Below are positions 30,462 to 45,540 of a DNA stretch of 64,000 nt, piece after piece. The notes below the pieces were generated by a model. It ran no database searches and was not told the DNA's origin. It was given only the letters and a program-made list of their open reading frames with translations. Numbering within the stretch: position 1 is the stretch's first letter; the number at the start of each line of letters is the position of its first letter. Made by a program: the position numbers and the translations under genes. This DNA comes from Eledone cirrhosa (taxonomy: Eukaryota), in assembly GCA_964016885.1 (NCBI GenBank), contig OZ024760.1, positions 23,932,001 through 23,996,000 on the forward strand. The letters run 5' to 3'.

Positions 30462-30779
30462 CATAAATTGAGTTAACTTAAACAATAACAAAATGGCGAC
30501 TTTAGCGTATTCTAGCTGTCGGCTGCACCAGACAAAAATGGCTTCTTTATTTCCACTTTGAAAATATCATAATTATATTAGGTAGAGATGCTATTAGAAT
30601 CGGTCAAGCCAGCTTTTACAATTGTCGAATAACTAATGACTGTTACAAATTACTGGTGGCTTTAACACTAATTATACGCCCATTCATGTTTATTATTACA
30701 ACAGATATATTTGGGGGGTTTTTTTTTTGGGGGGGGGGGGTTCTGTTTGTTGTTGTTTGTTTGTTTTTGTCTCGTTTTG

Positions 30780-33270
30780 TTGTTGTTGTTGCTTTTGTGG
30801 TGTTTGTTGTAGATGTTTGAATTGTTGTAGTTGTTGTTGCTGCTGTTGTAGTTGTTGCTATTGTAGTTATTCCTGCTGCTGCTGCTGTTGTTGTTGTTGC
30901 TGCTGATGTTGTTGTAGTAGTTGTTATTGTTGTTGTAGATATTCTTGTAACTGTAGTTGTTGCTGTAGCTGTTGTGGTTGCTGTTATTATTGTTGTTGTT
31001 GCTGCTATTATTGTTGCTGTAGCTGTTGTTGTTGCTGTTATTATTGTTCTTGCTGTTATTGTTGTTATTACTGTTGTTGCTGTTATTATTGTTGTTGTTG
31101 CTGTTATTTTTGTTGTTGTTGCTGTTATTATTGTTGTTATTATTGTTGTTATTACTGTTGTTGCTGTTATTATTGTTGTTGTTGCTGTTATTTTTGTTGT
31201 TGGTGCTGTTATTATTGTTGCTGTAGCTGTTGTTGTTGCTGTTATTATTGTTTATGTTGCTGTTATTTTTGTTGTTGGTGCTGTTATTATTGTTGCTGTA
31301 GCTGTTGTTGTTGCTGTTATTATTGTTGTTTCGGTTATTATTGTTGTTGCTGTTATTTTGTTGTTATTACTGTTGTTGCTGTTATTATTGTTGTTGTTGC
31401 TGTTACTTTTGTTGTTGTTGCTGTTATTATTGTTGCTGTAGCTGTTGTTGTTGCTGTTATTATTGTTGTTGCTGTTATTATTGTTGTTATTACTGTTGTT
31501 GCTGTTGTTGCTGTTATTGTTGTTGTTGCTGTTATTTTTGTTGTTGCTGTTATTATTGTTGTTATTACTGTTGTTGCTGTTATTATTGTTGTTGCTGTTA
31601 TTATTGTTGTTGTTGCTGTTATTTTTGTTGTTGTTGCTGTTGTTATTGCTGTTATTACTGTTGTTGCTGTTATTATTGCTGTTATTACTGTTGTTGTTTC
31701 TGTTATTGCAGTTGTTGCTGTTATTATTGTTGTTGTTGCTGTTATTATTGTTGTTGTTGTTGTTATTATTGTTGTTGTTGCTGTTATTATTGTTGTTGCT
31801 GTTATTGTTGTTGTTGCTGTTATTATTGCTGTTTTTGCCGTTATTGTTGCTCTTGTTGCTGTTATTATTATTGTTGTTGCTGTTATTATTGCTGTTGTTG
31901 CTGTTATTATTGCAGTTGTTGCTGTTATTATTGCAGTTGTTGCTGTTATTATTGTAGTTGTTGCTGTTATTATTGCAGTTGTTGCTGTTATTATTGCTGT
32001 TGTTGCTGTTATTATTGCAGTTGTTGCTGTTATTATTGCTGTTGTTGCTGTTATTATTGCAGTTGTTGCTGTTATTATTGCAGTTGTTGCTGTTATTATT
32101 GCAGTTGTTGCTGTTATTATTGCTGTTGTTGCTGTTATTATTGCAGTTGTTGCTGTTATTATTGCAGTTGTTGCTGTTATTATTGCAGTTGTTGCTGTTA
32201 TTATTGCTGTTGTTGCTGTTATTATTGCAGTTGTTGCTGTTATTATTGCAGTTGTTGCTGTTATTATTGCAGTTGTTGCTGTTATTATTGCAGTTGTTGC
32301 TGTTATTATTGCTGTTGTTGCTGTTATTATTGCAGTTGTTGCTGTTATTATTGCAGTTGTTGCTGTTATTATTGCAGTTGTTGCTGTTATTATTGCTGTT
32401 GTTGCTGTTATTATTGCAGTTGTTGCTGTTATTATTGCAGTTGTTGCTGTTATTATTGCAGTTGTTGCTGTTATTATTGCAGTTGTTGCTGTTATTATTG
32501 CTGTTGTTGCTGTTATTATTGCAGTTGTTGCTGTTATTATTGCAGTTGTTGCTGTTATTATTGCAGTTGTTGCTGTTATTATTGCTGTTGTTGCTGTTAT
32601 TATTGCAGTTGTTGCTGTTATTATTGCAGTTGTTGCTGTTATTATTGTTGTTGTTGCTGTTATTATTGCTGTTGTTGCTGTTATTATTGCTGTTGTTGCT
32701 GTTATTATTGCTGTTGTTGCTGTTATTATTGCAGTTGTTGCTGTTATTATTGCAGTTGTTGCTGTTATTATTGTTGTTGTTGCTGTTATTATTGCTGTTG
32801 TTGCTGCTATTATTGCAGTTGTTGCTGTTATTATTGCAGTTGTTGCTCTTATTGCTGTTATTATTGCTGTTTTTGCTGTTATTGTTGCTGTTATTATTAT
32901 TGTTGTTGCTGTTATTATTGTTGTTGTTGCTGTTATTATTGCAGTTGTTGCTCTTATTGCTGTTATTATTGCTGTTTTTGCTGTTAATGTTGCTGTTATT
33001 ATTATTGTTGTTGCTGTTATTATTGTTGTTGTTGCTGTTATTATTGTTGTTGTTGCTGTTATTGTTATTGCTGTGGATGTTTTTGTTGCTGTAATTGTTG
33101 TTGTTGTTGCTATTGTTACTATAATTGCCGCAGTTGTGGTTGTTCTTGCTGTTGTTATATATTTTATTGATGTTGTTGCTGCTGCTGCAGTTGTTCTCCT
33201 TCCACTCCTTTCTGTAACTGTTGTTATTCTTCCAGTTGTTGCTTTAGTTGTTTTTGTCATTGTTGTTCTG
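30780..33270. repeat. (GTT/ATT/GCT)n repeat, homogenised centrally to a 21-bp unit gttgttgctgttattattgc[a/t]
   Basis: Seen directly. The long poly-L, poly-C/Y and poly-T/I/A ORFs are artefacts of the 3n periodicity. Confidence 0.95.
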
Positions 33271-33747
33271 ACTGTAGCGCTTCTTTTTCTTCTTCTTCTT
33301 CTTCTCCTTCTCCTCCTTCTTTTTCTCCTCCTCCTTCTCTTCCTTCTTCTCTTCCTTCTTTTCCTCCTCCTATTTCTCCTCTTTCTCCTCCTTCTCCTCC
33401 TCCTCTTCCTTTCCTTCTTCTTCTCCTCTTTCTTTCCCTCCTCCTCCTCCTTCTTGCTGTAGTTTTACTTCTTGTTCTTATTGCTGTACTTGTTGTTACG
33501 ATTGTTATTTACTGCTATTTGCTGTTGTTTACTGCTGTAGTTGTTGTTGTACTTCTCTAGTAGTTGTTACTGTTGTTGTTGTTATATATATTTACAGTTT
33601 CCTTATTCTGTTGTTTTTCTTTGTTTTGTTTATATTTTTTCTTTTTTTTTTCTTTTCTCTCCAACGACTTCGTTTATTTTTAACAAATTCTCGCCATTGT
33701 AAAAGAGAATTATGTCTGTCTGTGTCTCTCCCTCTCTCATAGTCTCT

Positions 33748-33798
<51 letters not shown>

Positions 33799-34008
33799 AT
33801 ACATATATATAAACATACATATACACACGCACATATATATATATATATATATATGAAGAGCAGCGGAAGAAGAAGAAGAAGAAGAAGAAGATAAATACAA
33901 GATGTAAAGAATATGTACAAATATAAGAAAGTAAAAATGAAATAAAGAAATTTTAAGTTCTAAAAAGCATTTTTCGGACATTATATTGGTCTAGGACCAA
34001 AAGTATAA

Positions 34009-34112
<104 letters not shown>

Positions 34113-34321
34113 ATATATGTATATTTATATATATATATATGTATATGTATGTATATATATAAATGTACGTGTGTGTGTATATATATGTACGTATATATAT
34201 ATAATTGAATGTATGTGTGTATATATATATGTATATATAAATGAATATATGTGTATATATATGTATATATAAATGAATATATGTGTATATATATATATGT
34301 ATATATAAATGAATATATGTG

Positions 34322-34355
<34 letters not shown>

Positions 34356-34367
34356 AATGAATATATG

Positions 34368-34421
<54 letters not shown>

Positions 34422-34707
34422 TACCCCGACAACGCAGAGAAAGAAGAATTGGGTAAACCTCAACAAAATATGAAATGAATTTCAATTTTGGACATTTTCC
34501 AAACTCAAAGGAGGAGATCTTACATCGTCTGGAAGAAATAATTTTGTAAAATCAGTGGCAGAATCTGTAGAGTGTCGGAGATATGTTCAGTGCTGCATTA
34601 TTTACCAATCTGTTCTGAGTTCAAATCACGCGTAAGTAGAGGAAATAACGTAGCAGTTACGAACTGCAGTGAGAATATACATATGTATGTATATGTATAT
34701 ATATCTC

Positions 34708-34740
<33 letters not shown>

Positions 34741-34747
34741 GTCTAAA

Positions 34748-35019
34748 GTATGTCTTAAGCCAGAAGGCTCATTTGGCCGGTGCTTATCCCGCTTTCATGG
34801 CGTGAAACGACTGAGAGTACAAGACTCCCCCCTGGACAGGGCGTTAGTCCATCGCAGGGTTAAACCTCCAGCTATTGCTGGTACTCATTTTCAGCTGAGT
34901 ATACTGGAGCAACGTGAAATGAAGTGTTTTGCTCAAGAACACAACACGCAACCCAGGAATCGAACCCACGACATTATGATCGTAAGTCCAACACTCTTAC
35001 CACTAGGCCACGTGCCTCC
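34748..35019 (-). mobile_element. tRNA-derived SINE (family 1)
   Basis: A-box tggcctagtgg and B-box ggttcgattcc on the minus strand. Matches 1100-1510. Confidence 0.82.
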
Positions 35020-35041
35020 ACACGCACACACATAGACACAC

Positions 35042-35220
<179 letters not shown>

Positions 35221-35373
35221 GGAGAAAGTATGACCCGACGGCAGTGCTCAAGCCGTTTCGACGGCTATTTCTGGACTAAATTAGAATTTTTCCTATTACC
35301 CACTCTACTACCCTAAGTATTGAGTACTTTGGTGCGTTATGGTCCATCTGGTTCCTTACCACAAATCCTTCGT

Positions 35374-35481
<108 letters not shown>

Positions 35482-35539
35482 TGTGTATGTGTGTCTGTGT
35501 ATGTGTCTGTGTGTGTGTCTGTGTGTGTGTGCGTGTGTG

Positions 35540-35855
35540 TAAAAGGTAAACAGAAATAACGAAACAAATGGCACAATACATGGAAGAAATATATTAGTTT
35601 GACGCTTGAAATAGAAGGAAGAGCGTCTTAACGTTTCGGACGCTAGTCCTTCATCAGAAGATAGAGTTAGATATAGAAGGTAAAGAATGATAAGAGGAAG
35701 CAATAGAGGAAATGAGAAAATATAGGGAAGTAAAAAAACACAAATGCATATTCAGTGGACCATCATGTGTGTGTGAGAGAGATCTCTTCAGGTGACCACT
35801 CTCCTTATGATCTTTCATGAATGAAAGAGTTCTAGTCCTGTAGAAGTCATTTCTA
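35540..35855 (-). mobile_element. PLE-type 3' terminal repeat with a minimal HHR (35626-35661), ending in (CA)n
   Basis: Minus strand: tctt-CTGATGA-a-ggac-tagc-gtcc-GAAAcgTT^aaga, with a palindromic AACGTT stem III. Confidence 0.7.
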
Positions 35856-35857
35856 GA

Positions 35858-35983
<126 letters not shown>

Positions 35984-36088
35984 GCGTGTGTATGAAAATG
36001 TTATGTGTGTATATACAGACCCATATAGAGTGCACCAGCAGGGTGTATTTACCCATCCTGTTGATGTAAAGTGCAGCAGTCAATTGAA

Positions 36089-36135
<47 letters not shown>

Positions 36136-36153
36136 CATATCGTTACATATAAC

Positions 36154-36188
<35 letters not shown>

Positions 36189-36232
36189 TCGTGTATATAT
36201 ATATATATATATATATCGTTACACATAACGAG

Positions 36233-36294
<62 letters not shown>

Positions 36295-36325
36295 TATATA
36301 TTCATACATACATACATAAATATCG

Positions 36326-36389
<64 letters not shown>

Positions 36390-36926
36390 CGTATGAGTAC
36401 CTATACATACATATACATACATATACATACATACAAATAATTACATACTCACATCTCGTTTCATACGTGTGTATGCATGTGTGTACGCATAGGTGTATGC
36501 AAGAAAGAGGGAGGGACAGACAGACAGACAGACAGAGAGACAGACAGACAGACAGACAGACATACAGACAGACAGACAGAGAGGGGGTGAGAAGTAGTAG
36601 CCTCTTCCGTTACGAAACTTTTCACTAATTACCATACAAACAGCAACCACATGCTGTGAGTTTTACCTCTGTGATGATCACTATATTAACACATGTCTGC
36701 ATATGTGTGTATGTGTGTCTATATATATGTGTGTGTGTGTGTGTAAGTATATATATATATATATATATATAGGAACGAGTAGGACCCCGACGGCTGAGCT
36801 CAAGCCGCTTCGACGGCTAATTCTGGACTAAAAAGTATATATACGTATATATATATATATATATTCATATGACTGTGTTGGTGTGTGTGTGTGTGTGTGT
36901 TTGTATATATTTTCATGTGTATTTCT

Positions 36927-36978
<52 letters not shown>

Positions 36979-37049
36979 ATGTGTATGGGTGTGTGTGTGC
37001 GTGTGTATTTCTATATATTTTTGTATGTGTATTTCTCTAAGAATGCATT

Positions 37050-37107
<58 letters not shown>

Positions 37108-37407
37108 TGTGTGTATTTGTATATATTTTCATATGCGTATATATCTATGTATGTATGTATGTATGTGTATGTGTGCATGTGTTGCAACAACAAAGCTTAA
37201 AACAACACACCAGGCTACACATCAGCTATTCTAAGCGAAGAATAATTCAGTGAGAGTGCTCAACTAATACATAAGTAGAAGGTCATGGTTTATTAATCGG
37301 GGCTATGACCTTTGTATGAAGCGATAAGTGTTGGAGTTGTTGGAAAGAACTAAACTTTGGTACACTACATAAAGAAAACCTGTGTACTACTGGATAAAGA
37401 AATGTAA

Positions 37408-37438
<31 letters not shown>

Positions 37439-37489
37439 AAGAGAGAGAGATGTATATATATATATATATAAGAATATATATAAATCTTT

Positions 37490-37570
<81 letters not shown>

Positions 37571-37824
37571 TTATATTATATATATAAGTATATATATTCT
37601 TATATTATATATATATATATTCTTATATTATATATATAAGTATATATATTCTTATATTATATATATATAAGTATATATATATATATATATACTTATATAT
37701 ATATATATAAGTATATATACATATACATATATATATATATATACTTATATATATATATATAAGTATATATATATATATATATACTTATATATATATATAA
37801 GTATATATATATATATATATACAT

Positions 37825-38372
37825 AGATTTTGAGTTTATGTTGGTTGTATACCAACACCTCAGTATGCAGGCTGGAGCACTCGACGAAGTGCGCAGGTTG
37901 GTTTGGTTACTCCGGAGTAGTGTAAAATAAAGTTAAATAAAAGTCAAATGATTAAAATTTAGCTTCGTTTATTACTGCTATATATATTTCAGTGACAGCC
38001 ATCTTTGGCTGTGACCTCTTCAGGCAGTTTGAATTAGTATGGTATAGACAAGTACATATGTTGTTTAGGTGTATGATATTGTCAATACTCTGATATGCCC
38101 AGTTCCTTGCTGGGTTGTTAATTCACTGGGGAACTGGAGTCATATCACTCCATATGACTCCAGTTCCCCAGTGAATTAACAACCCAACAAGGAACTGGGC
38201 ATATCAGAGTATTGACAATATCATACACCTAAACAACATATGTACTTGTCTATACCATACTAATTCAAACTGCCTGAAGAGGTCACAGCCAAAGATGGCT
38301 GTCACTGAAATATATATGGCAGTAATAAACGAAGCTAAATTTTAATCATTTGACTTTTATTTAACTTTATTT
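37825..38372. mobile_element. Fold-back HHR element, family C (HHR 37974-38028 on minus; 38269-38323 on plus)
   Basis: Near-perfect inverted arms of about 225 bp centred near 38148. actgc-CTGAAGA-ggtcacagcc..ggctgtcact-GAAA-t-atat-a-T(A/G)-gcagt. The left arm carries the GAGTGCT tail. Confidence 0.88.
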
Positions 38373-38479
38373 TATGCATATATACATATATAAGTGTGTA
38401 TATATATATATATTTATATACATATATAAGTGTATATATATATATATACATACATATATGTGTATATATACATATATAA

Positions 38480-38533
<54 letters not shown>

Positions 38534-38550
38534 GTGTAAACTTATCCATA

Positions 38551-38616
<66 letters not shown>

Positions 38617-38792
38617 TACACACACACACACTTTCCTTTTGTTTTCATCGTTTTTACATCACATAAACAACGTTTAAATAATTAAGACATCAAACGAGGT
38701 AAGAACTGTAGGTGTTGGAAGCAGCAGATGGAATTATGAGTTCGCCATGCTTGCTTTTGTGTCTGGGGTGTGTGTGTATATGTGTGTTTATG

Positions 38793-41700
38793 CAAGAGGG
38801 TCGACTGAATAATGCAGAGGCTGACCAAGATACTCTCATGGAATGACCAAATGGTGTTTATTTGTTCAACATAATCCCTGAGTTCATTGCCTGACCAAGA
38901 TTCTCTCCTGGAATTACCAAATGGTGTTTATTTGTTCAACATAATCCCTGAGTTCATTGGGTGACCAAGATTCTCTCCTGGAATGACCAAATGGTGTTTA
39001 TTTGTTCAACATAATCCCTGAGTTCATTGCCTGACCAAGATACTCTCATGGAATGACCAAATGGTGTTTATTTGTTCAACATAATCCCTGAGTTCATTAG
39101 CTGACCAAGATACTCTCATGGAATGACCAAATGGGGTTTAGTTCTTAACCTGAGTTCATTGCCTGACCAAGATACTCTCCTGGAATGACCAAATGGTGTT
39201 TATTTGTTCAACATAATCCCTGAGTTCATTGCCTGACCAAGATACTCTCCTGGAATGACCAAATGGTGTTTATTTGTTCAACATAATCCTTGAGTTCATT
39301 GCCTGACCAAGAGACTCTCCTGGAATGACCAAATGGTGTTTATTTGTTCAACATAATCCCTGAGTTCATTGCCTGACCAAGATACTCTCCTGGAATGACC
39401 AAATGGTGTTTATTTGTTCAACATAATCCTTGAGTTCATTGCCTGACCAAGAGACTCTCCTGGAATGACCAAATGGTGTTTATTTGTTCAACATAATCCC
39501 TGAGTTCATTGCCTGACCAAGATACTCTCATGGAATGACCAAATGGTGTTTATTTGTTCAACATAATCCCTGAATTCATTAGCTGACCAAGATACTCTCA
39601 TGGAATGACCAAATGGTGTTTATTTGTTCAACATAATCCCTGAGTTCATTAGCTGACCAAGATACTCTCATGGAATGACCAAATGGTGTTTATTTGTTCA
39701 ACATAATCCCTGAGTTCATTAGCTGACCAAGATACTCTCATGGAATGACCAAATGGTGTTTATTTGTTCAACATAATCCCTGAGTTCATTAGCTGACCAA
39801 GATACTCTCATGGAATGACCAAATGGTGTTTATTTGTTCAACATAATCCCTGAGTTCATTAGCTGACCAAGATACTCTCATGGAATGACCAAATGGTGTT
39901 TATTTGTTCAACATAATCCCTGAGTTCATTAGCTGACCAAGATACTCTCATGGAATGACCAAATGGTGTTTATTTGTTCAACATAATCCCTGAGTTCATT
40001 AGCTGACCAAGATACTCTCATGGAATGACCAAATGGTGTTTATTTGTTCAACATAATCCCTGAGTTCATTAGCTGACCAAGATACTCTCATGGAATGACC
40101 AAATGGTGTTTATTTGTTCAACATAATCCCTGAGTTCATTAGCTGACCAAGATACTCTCATTGAATGACCAAATGGTGTTTATTTGTTCAACATAATCCC
40201 TGAGTTCATTGCCTGACCAAGATACTCTCCTGGAATGACCAAATGGTATTTATTTGTTCAACATAATCCCTGAGTTCATTGCCAGACCAAGATACTCTCC
40301 TGGAAAGACCAAATGGTGTTTATTTGTTCAACATAATCCCTGAGTTCATTGCCTGACCAAGATACTCTCATGGAATGACCAAATGAGGTTTATTTTTTCA
40401 ACAAAGTTCCGGACTTCATTGCCTGACCAAGATACTCTCATGGAATGACCAAATGGTGTTTATTTGTTCAACATAATCCCTGAGTTCATTAGCTGACCAA
40501 GATACTCTCATGGAATGACCAAATGGTGTTTATTTGTTCAACATAATCCCTGAGTTCATTGCCTGACCAAGATTCTCTCCTGGAATGACCAAATGGTGTT
40601 TATTTGTTCAACATAATCCATGAGTTCATTGCCTGACCAAGATACTCTCATGGTATGACCAAATTGTGTTTATTTGTTCAACATAATCCCTGAGTTCATT
40701 GCCTGACCAAGATTCTCTCCTGGAATGACCAAATGGTGTTTATTTGTTCAACATAATCCCTGAGTTCATTGCCTGACCAAGATACTCTCAAGGAATGACC
40801 AAATGGTGTTTATTTGTTCAACATAATCCCTGAGTTTATTAGCTGACCAAGATACTCTCCTGGAATGACCAAATGGTGTTTATTTGTTCAACATAATCCC
40901 TGAGTTCATTGCCTGACCAAGATACTCTCATGGAATGACCAAATGGTGTTTATTTGTTCAACATAATCCATGAGTTCATTGCCTGACCAAGATACTCTCA
41001 TGGAATGACCAAATGGTGTTTATTTGTTCAACATAATCCCTGAGTTCATTGCCTGACCAAGATACTCTCCTGGAATGACCAAATGGTGTTTATTTGTTCA
41101 ACATAATCCCTGAGTTCATAGGCTGACCAAGATACTCTCATGGAATGACCAAATGGTGTTTATTTGTTCAACATAATCCCTAAGTTCATTGCCTGACCAA
41201 GATACTCTCTTGGAATGACCAAATGGTGTTTATTTGTTCAACATAATCCCTGAGTTCATTGGCTGACCAAGATACTCTCCTGGAATGACCAAATGGTGTT
41301 TATTTGTTCAACATAATCCCTGAGTTCATAGGCTGACCAAGATACTCTCAAGGAATGACCAAATGGTGTTTATTTGTTCAACATAATCCCTGAGTTCATT
41401 GGCTGACCAAGATACTCTCAGGGAATGACCAAGTGAGGTTTATTTATTTCACCTGAGTTGATAGGCTGACCAAGATACTCTGCTGGAATTACCAAATGGG
41501 GTTTATTTTCCAACATAGTTCCTGTTTTCATAGGCTGACCAAGATACTCTCATGGAATGACCAAATGGTGTTTATTTGTTCAACATAATCCCTGAGTTCA
41601 TTAGCTGACCAAGATACTCTCATGGAATGACCAAATGGTGTTTATTTGTTCAACATAATCCCTGAGTTCATTAGCTGACCAAGATACTCTCATGGAATGA

Positions 41701-44700
41701 CCAAATGGTGTTTATTTGTTCAACATAATCCCTGAGTTCATTAGCTGACCAAGATACTCTCATGGAATGACCAAATGGTGTTTATTTGTTCAACATAATC
41801 CCTGAGTTCATTAGCTGACCAAGATACTCTCATGGAATGACCAAATGGTGTTTATTTGTTCAACATAATCCCTGAGTTCATTAGCTGACCAAGATACTCT
41901 CATGGAATGACCAAATGGTGTTTATTTGTTCAACATAATCCCTGAGTTCATTAGCTGACCAAGATACTCTCATGGAATGACCAAATGGTGTTTATTTGTT
42001 CAACATAATCCCTGAGTTCATTAGCTGACCAAGATACTCTCATGGAATGACCAAATGGTGTTTATTTGTTCAACATAATCCCTGAGTTCATTGCCTGACC
42101 AAGATACTCTCCTTGAATGACCAAATGGTGTTTATTTGTTCAACATAATCCCTGAGTTCATTGCCTGACCAAGATACTCTCCTGGAATGACCAAATGGTG
42201 TTTATTTGTTCAACATAATCCCTGAGTTCATTAGCTGACCAAGATACTCTCATGGAATGACCAAATGGTGTTTATTTGTTCAACATAATCCCTGAGTTCA
42301 TTAGCTGACCAAGATACTCTCATGGAATGACCAAATGGTGTTTATTTGTTCAACATAATCCCTGAGTTCATTGCCTGACCAAGATACTCTCCTTGAATGA
42401 CCAAATGGTGTTTATTTGTTCAACATAATCCCTGAGTTCATTGCCTGACCAAGATACTCTCCTGGAATGACCAAATGGTATTTATTTGTTCAACATAATC
42501 CCTGAGTTCATTGCCTGACCAAGATACTCTCCTGGAATGACCAAATGGTGTTTATTTGTTCAACATAATCCCTGAGTTCATTGCCTGACCAAGATACTCT
42601 CATGGAATGACCAAATGAGGTTTATTTTTTCAACAAAGTTCCGGACTTCATTGCCTGACCAAGATACTCTCATGGAATGACCAAATGGTGTTTATTTGTT
42701 CAACATAATCCCTGAGTTCATTAGCTGACCAAGATACTCTCATGGAATGACCAAATGGTGTTTATTTGTTCAACATAATCCCTGAGTTCATTGCCTGACC
42801 AAGATTCTCTCCTGGAATGACCAAATGGTGTTTATTTGTTCAACATAATCCATGAGTTCATTGCCTGACCAAGATACTCTCATGGTATGACCAAATGGTG
42901 TTTATTTGTTCAACATAATCCCTGAGTTCATTGCCTGACCAAGATTCTCTCCTGGAATGACCAAATGGTGTTTATTTGTTCAACATAATCCCTGAGTTCA
43001 TTGCCTGACCAAGATACTCTCCTGGAATGACCAAATGGTGTTTATTTGTTCAACATAATCCCTGAGTTCATAGGCTGACCAAGATACTCTCCTGGAATGA
43101 CCAAATGGTGTTTATTTGTTCAACATAATCCCTAAGTTCATTGCCTGACCAAGATACTCTCATGGAATGACCAAATGGTGTTTATTTGTTCAACATAATC
43201 CCTGAGTTCATTGGCTGACCAAGATACTCTCCTGGAATGACCAAATGGTGTTTATTTGTTCAACATAATCCCTGAGTTCATAGGCTGACCAAGATACTCT
43301 CAAGGAATGACCAAATGGTGTTTATTTGTTCAACATAATCCCTGAGTTCATTGGCTGACCAAGATACTCTCAGGGAATGACCAAGTGAGGTTTATTTATT
43401 TCACCTGAGTTGATAGGCTGACCAAGATACTCTGCTGGAATTACCAAATGGGGTTTATTTTCCAACATAGTTCCTGTTTTCATAGGCTGACCAAGATACT
43501 CTCATGGAATGACCAAATGGTGTTTATTTGTTCAACATAATCCCTGAGTTCATTAGCTGACCAAGATACTCTCATGGAATGACCAAATGGTGTTTATTTG
43601 TTCAACATAATCCCTGAGTTCATTAGCTGACCAAGATACTCTCATGGAATGACCAAATGGTGTTTATTTGTTCAACATAATCCCTGAGTTCATTAGCTGA
43701 CCAAGATACTCTCATGGAATGACCAAATGGTGTTTATTTGTTCAACATAATCCCTGAGTTCATTAGCTGACCAAGATACTCTCATGGAATGACCAAATGG
43801 TGTTTATTTGTTCAACATAATCCCTGAGTTCATTAGCTGACCAAGATACTCTCATGGAATGACCAAATGGTGTTTATTTGTTCAACATAATCCCTGAGTT
43901 CATTAGCTGACCAAGATACTCTCATGGAATGACCAAATGGTGTTTATTTGTTCAACATAATCCCTGAGTTCATTAGCTGACCAAGATACTCTCATGGAAT
44001 GACCAAATGGTGTTTATTTGTTCAACATAATCCCTGAGTTCATTGCCTGACCAAGATACTCTCCTTGAATGACCAAATGGTGTTTATTTGTTCAACATAA
44101 TCCCTGAGTTCATTGCCTGACCAAGATACTCTCCTGGAATGACCAAATGGTATTTATTTGTTCAACATAATCCCTGAGTTCATTGCCTGACCAAGATTCT
44201 CTCCTGGAATGACCAAATGGTGTTTATTTGTTCAACATAATCCATTAGTTCATTGCCTGACCAAGATACTCTCATGGTATGACCAAATGGTGTTTATTTG
44301 TTCAACATAATCCCTGAGTTCATTGCCTGACCAAGATTCTCTCCTGGAATGACCAAATGGTGTTTATTTGTTCAACATAATCCCTGAGTTCATTGCCTGA
44401 CCAAGATACTCTCAAGGAATGACCAAATGGTGTTTATTTGTTCAACATAATCCCTGAGTTTATTAGCTGACCAAGATACTCTCCTGGAATGACCAAATGG
44501 TGTTTATTTGTTCAACATAATCCCTGAGTTCATTGCCTGACCAAGATACTCTCATGGAATGACCAAATGGTGTTTATTTGTTCAACATAATCCATGAGTT
44601 CATTGCCTGACCAAGATACTCTCATGGAATGACCAAATGGTGTTTATTTGTTCAACATAATCCCTGAGTTCATAGGCTGACCAAGATACTCTCATGGAAT

Positions 44701-45352
44701 GACCAAATGGTGTTTATTTGTTCAACATAATCCCTGAGTTCATTGCCTGACCAAGATACTCTCCTGGAATGACCAAATGGTGTTTATTTGTTCAACATAA
44801 TCCCTGAGTTCATAGGCTGACCAAGATACTCTCATGGAATGACCAAATGGTGTTTATTTGTTCAACATAATCCCTAAGTTCATTGCCTGACCAAGATACT
44901 CTCATGGAATGACCAAATGGTGTTTATTTGTTCAACATAATCCCTGAGTTCATTGGCTGACCAAGATACTCTCCTGGAATGACCAAATGGTGTTTATTTG
45001 TTCAACATAATCCCTGAGTTCATAGGCTGACCAAGATACTCTCAAGGAATGACCAAATGGTGTTTATTTGTTCAACATAATCCCTGAGTTCATTGGCTGA
45101 CCAAGATACTCTCAGGGAATGACCAAGTGAGGTTTATTTATTTCACCTGAGTTGATAGGCTGACCAAGATACTCTGCTGGAATTACCAAATGGGGTTTAT
45201 TTTCCAACATAGTTCCTGTTTTCATAGGCTGACCAAGATACTCTCATGGAATGACCAAATGGTGTTTATTTTTTCAACATAATCCCTGAGTTGATAGGCT
45301 GACCAAGATACTCTCATGGAGTGACCAAACGAGGTTTATTTCTTCAAGTTCC
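38793..45352. repeat. 70-bp tandem satellite (~93 units) with higher-order structure
   Basis: Unit ctgaccaagatactctcatggaatgaccaaatggtgtttatttgttcaacataatccctgagttcattag. Diagnostic variant units recur near 41431, 43383 and 45125. Confidence 0.97.
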
Positions 45353-45540
45353 ATGGTCACGAATGACCATGGAACTTGCACCTAGAATGTTACCAGAAAC
45401 ATGAGTCCGGGCAAATTTGTTTGTGAAAGACCAGCCGTCACCCATGCTTTCCCTCCTGCCCTCGCCACACCATCGATGTGGTCCCAGAGAAAGGCAATGG
45501 CCGATAAATTGTGGCACCTATATATATATATATATATATA

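Noticed and set aside
31305-33260. Mucin-like or Cys-rich ORFs of 560-635 aa
   Set aside because: The trinucleotide-derived repeat is open in several frames on both strands, and there is no unique domain or splice context.
38793-45352. CRISPR-like array
   Set aside because: Units are contiguous with no unique spacers, the context is eukaryotic, and there are no cas genes.
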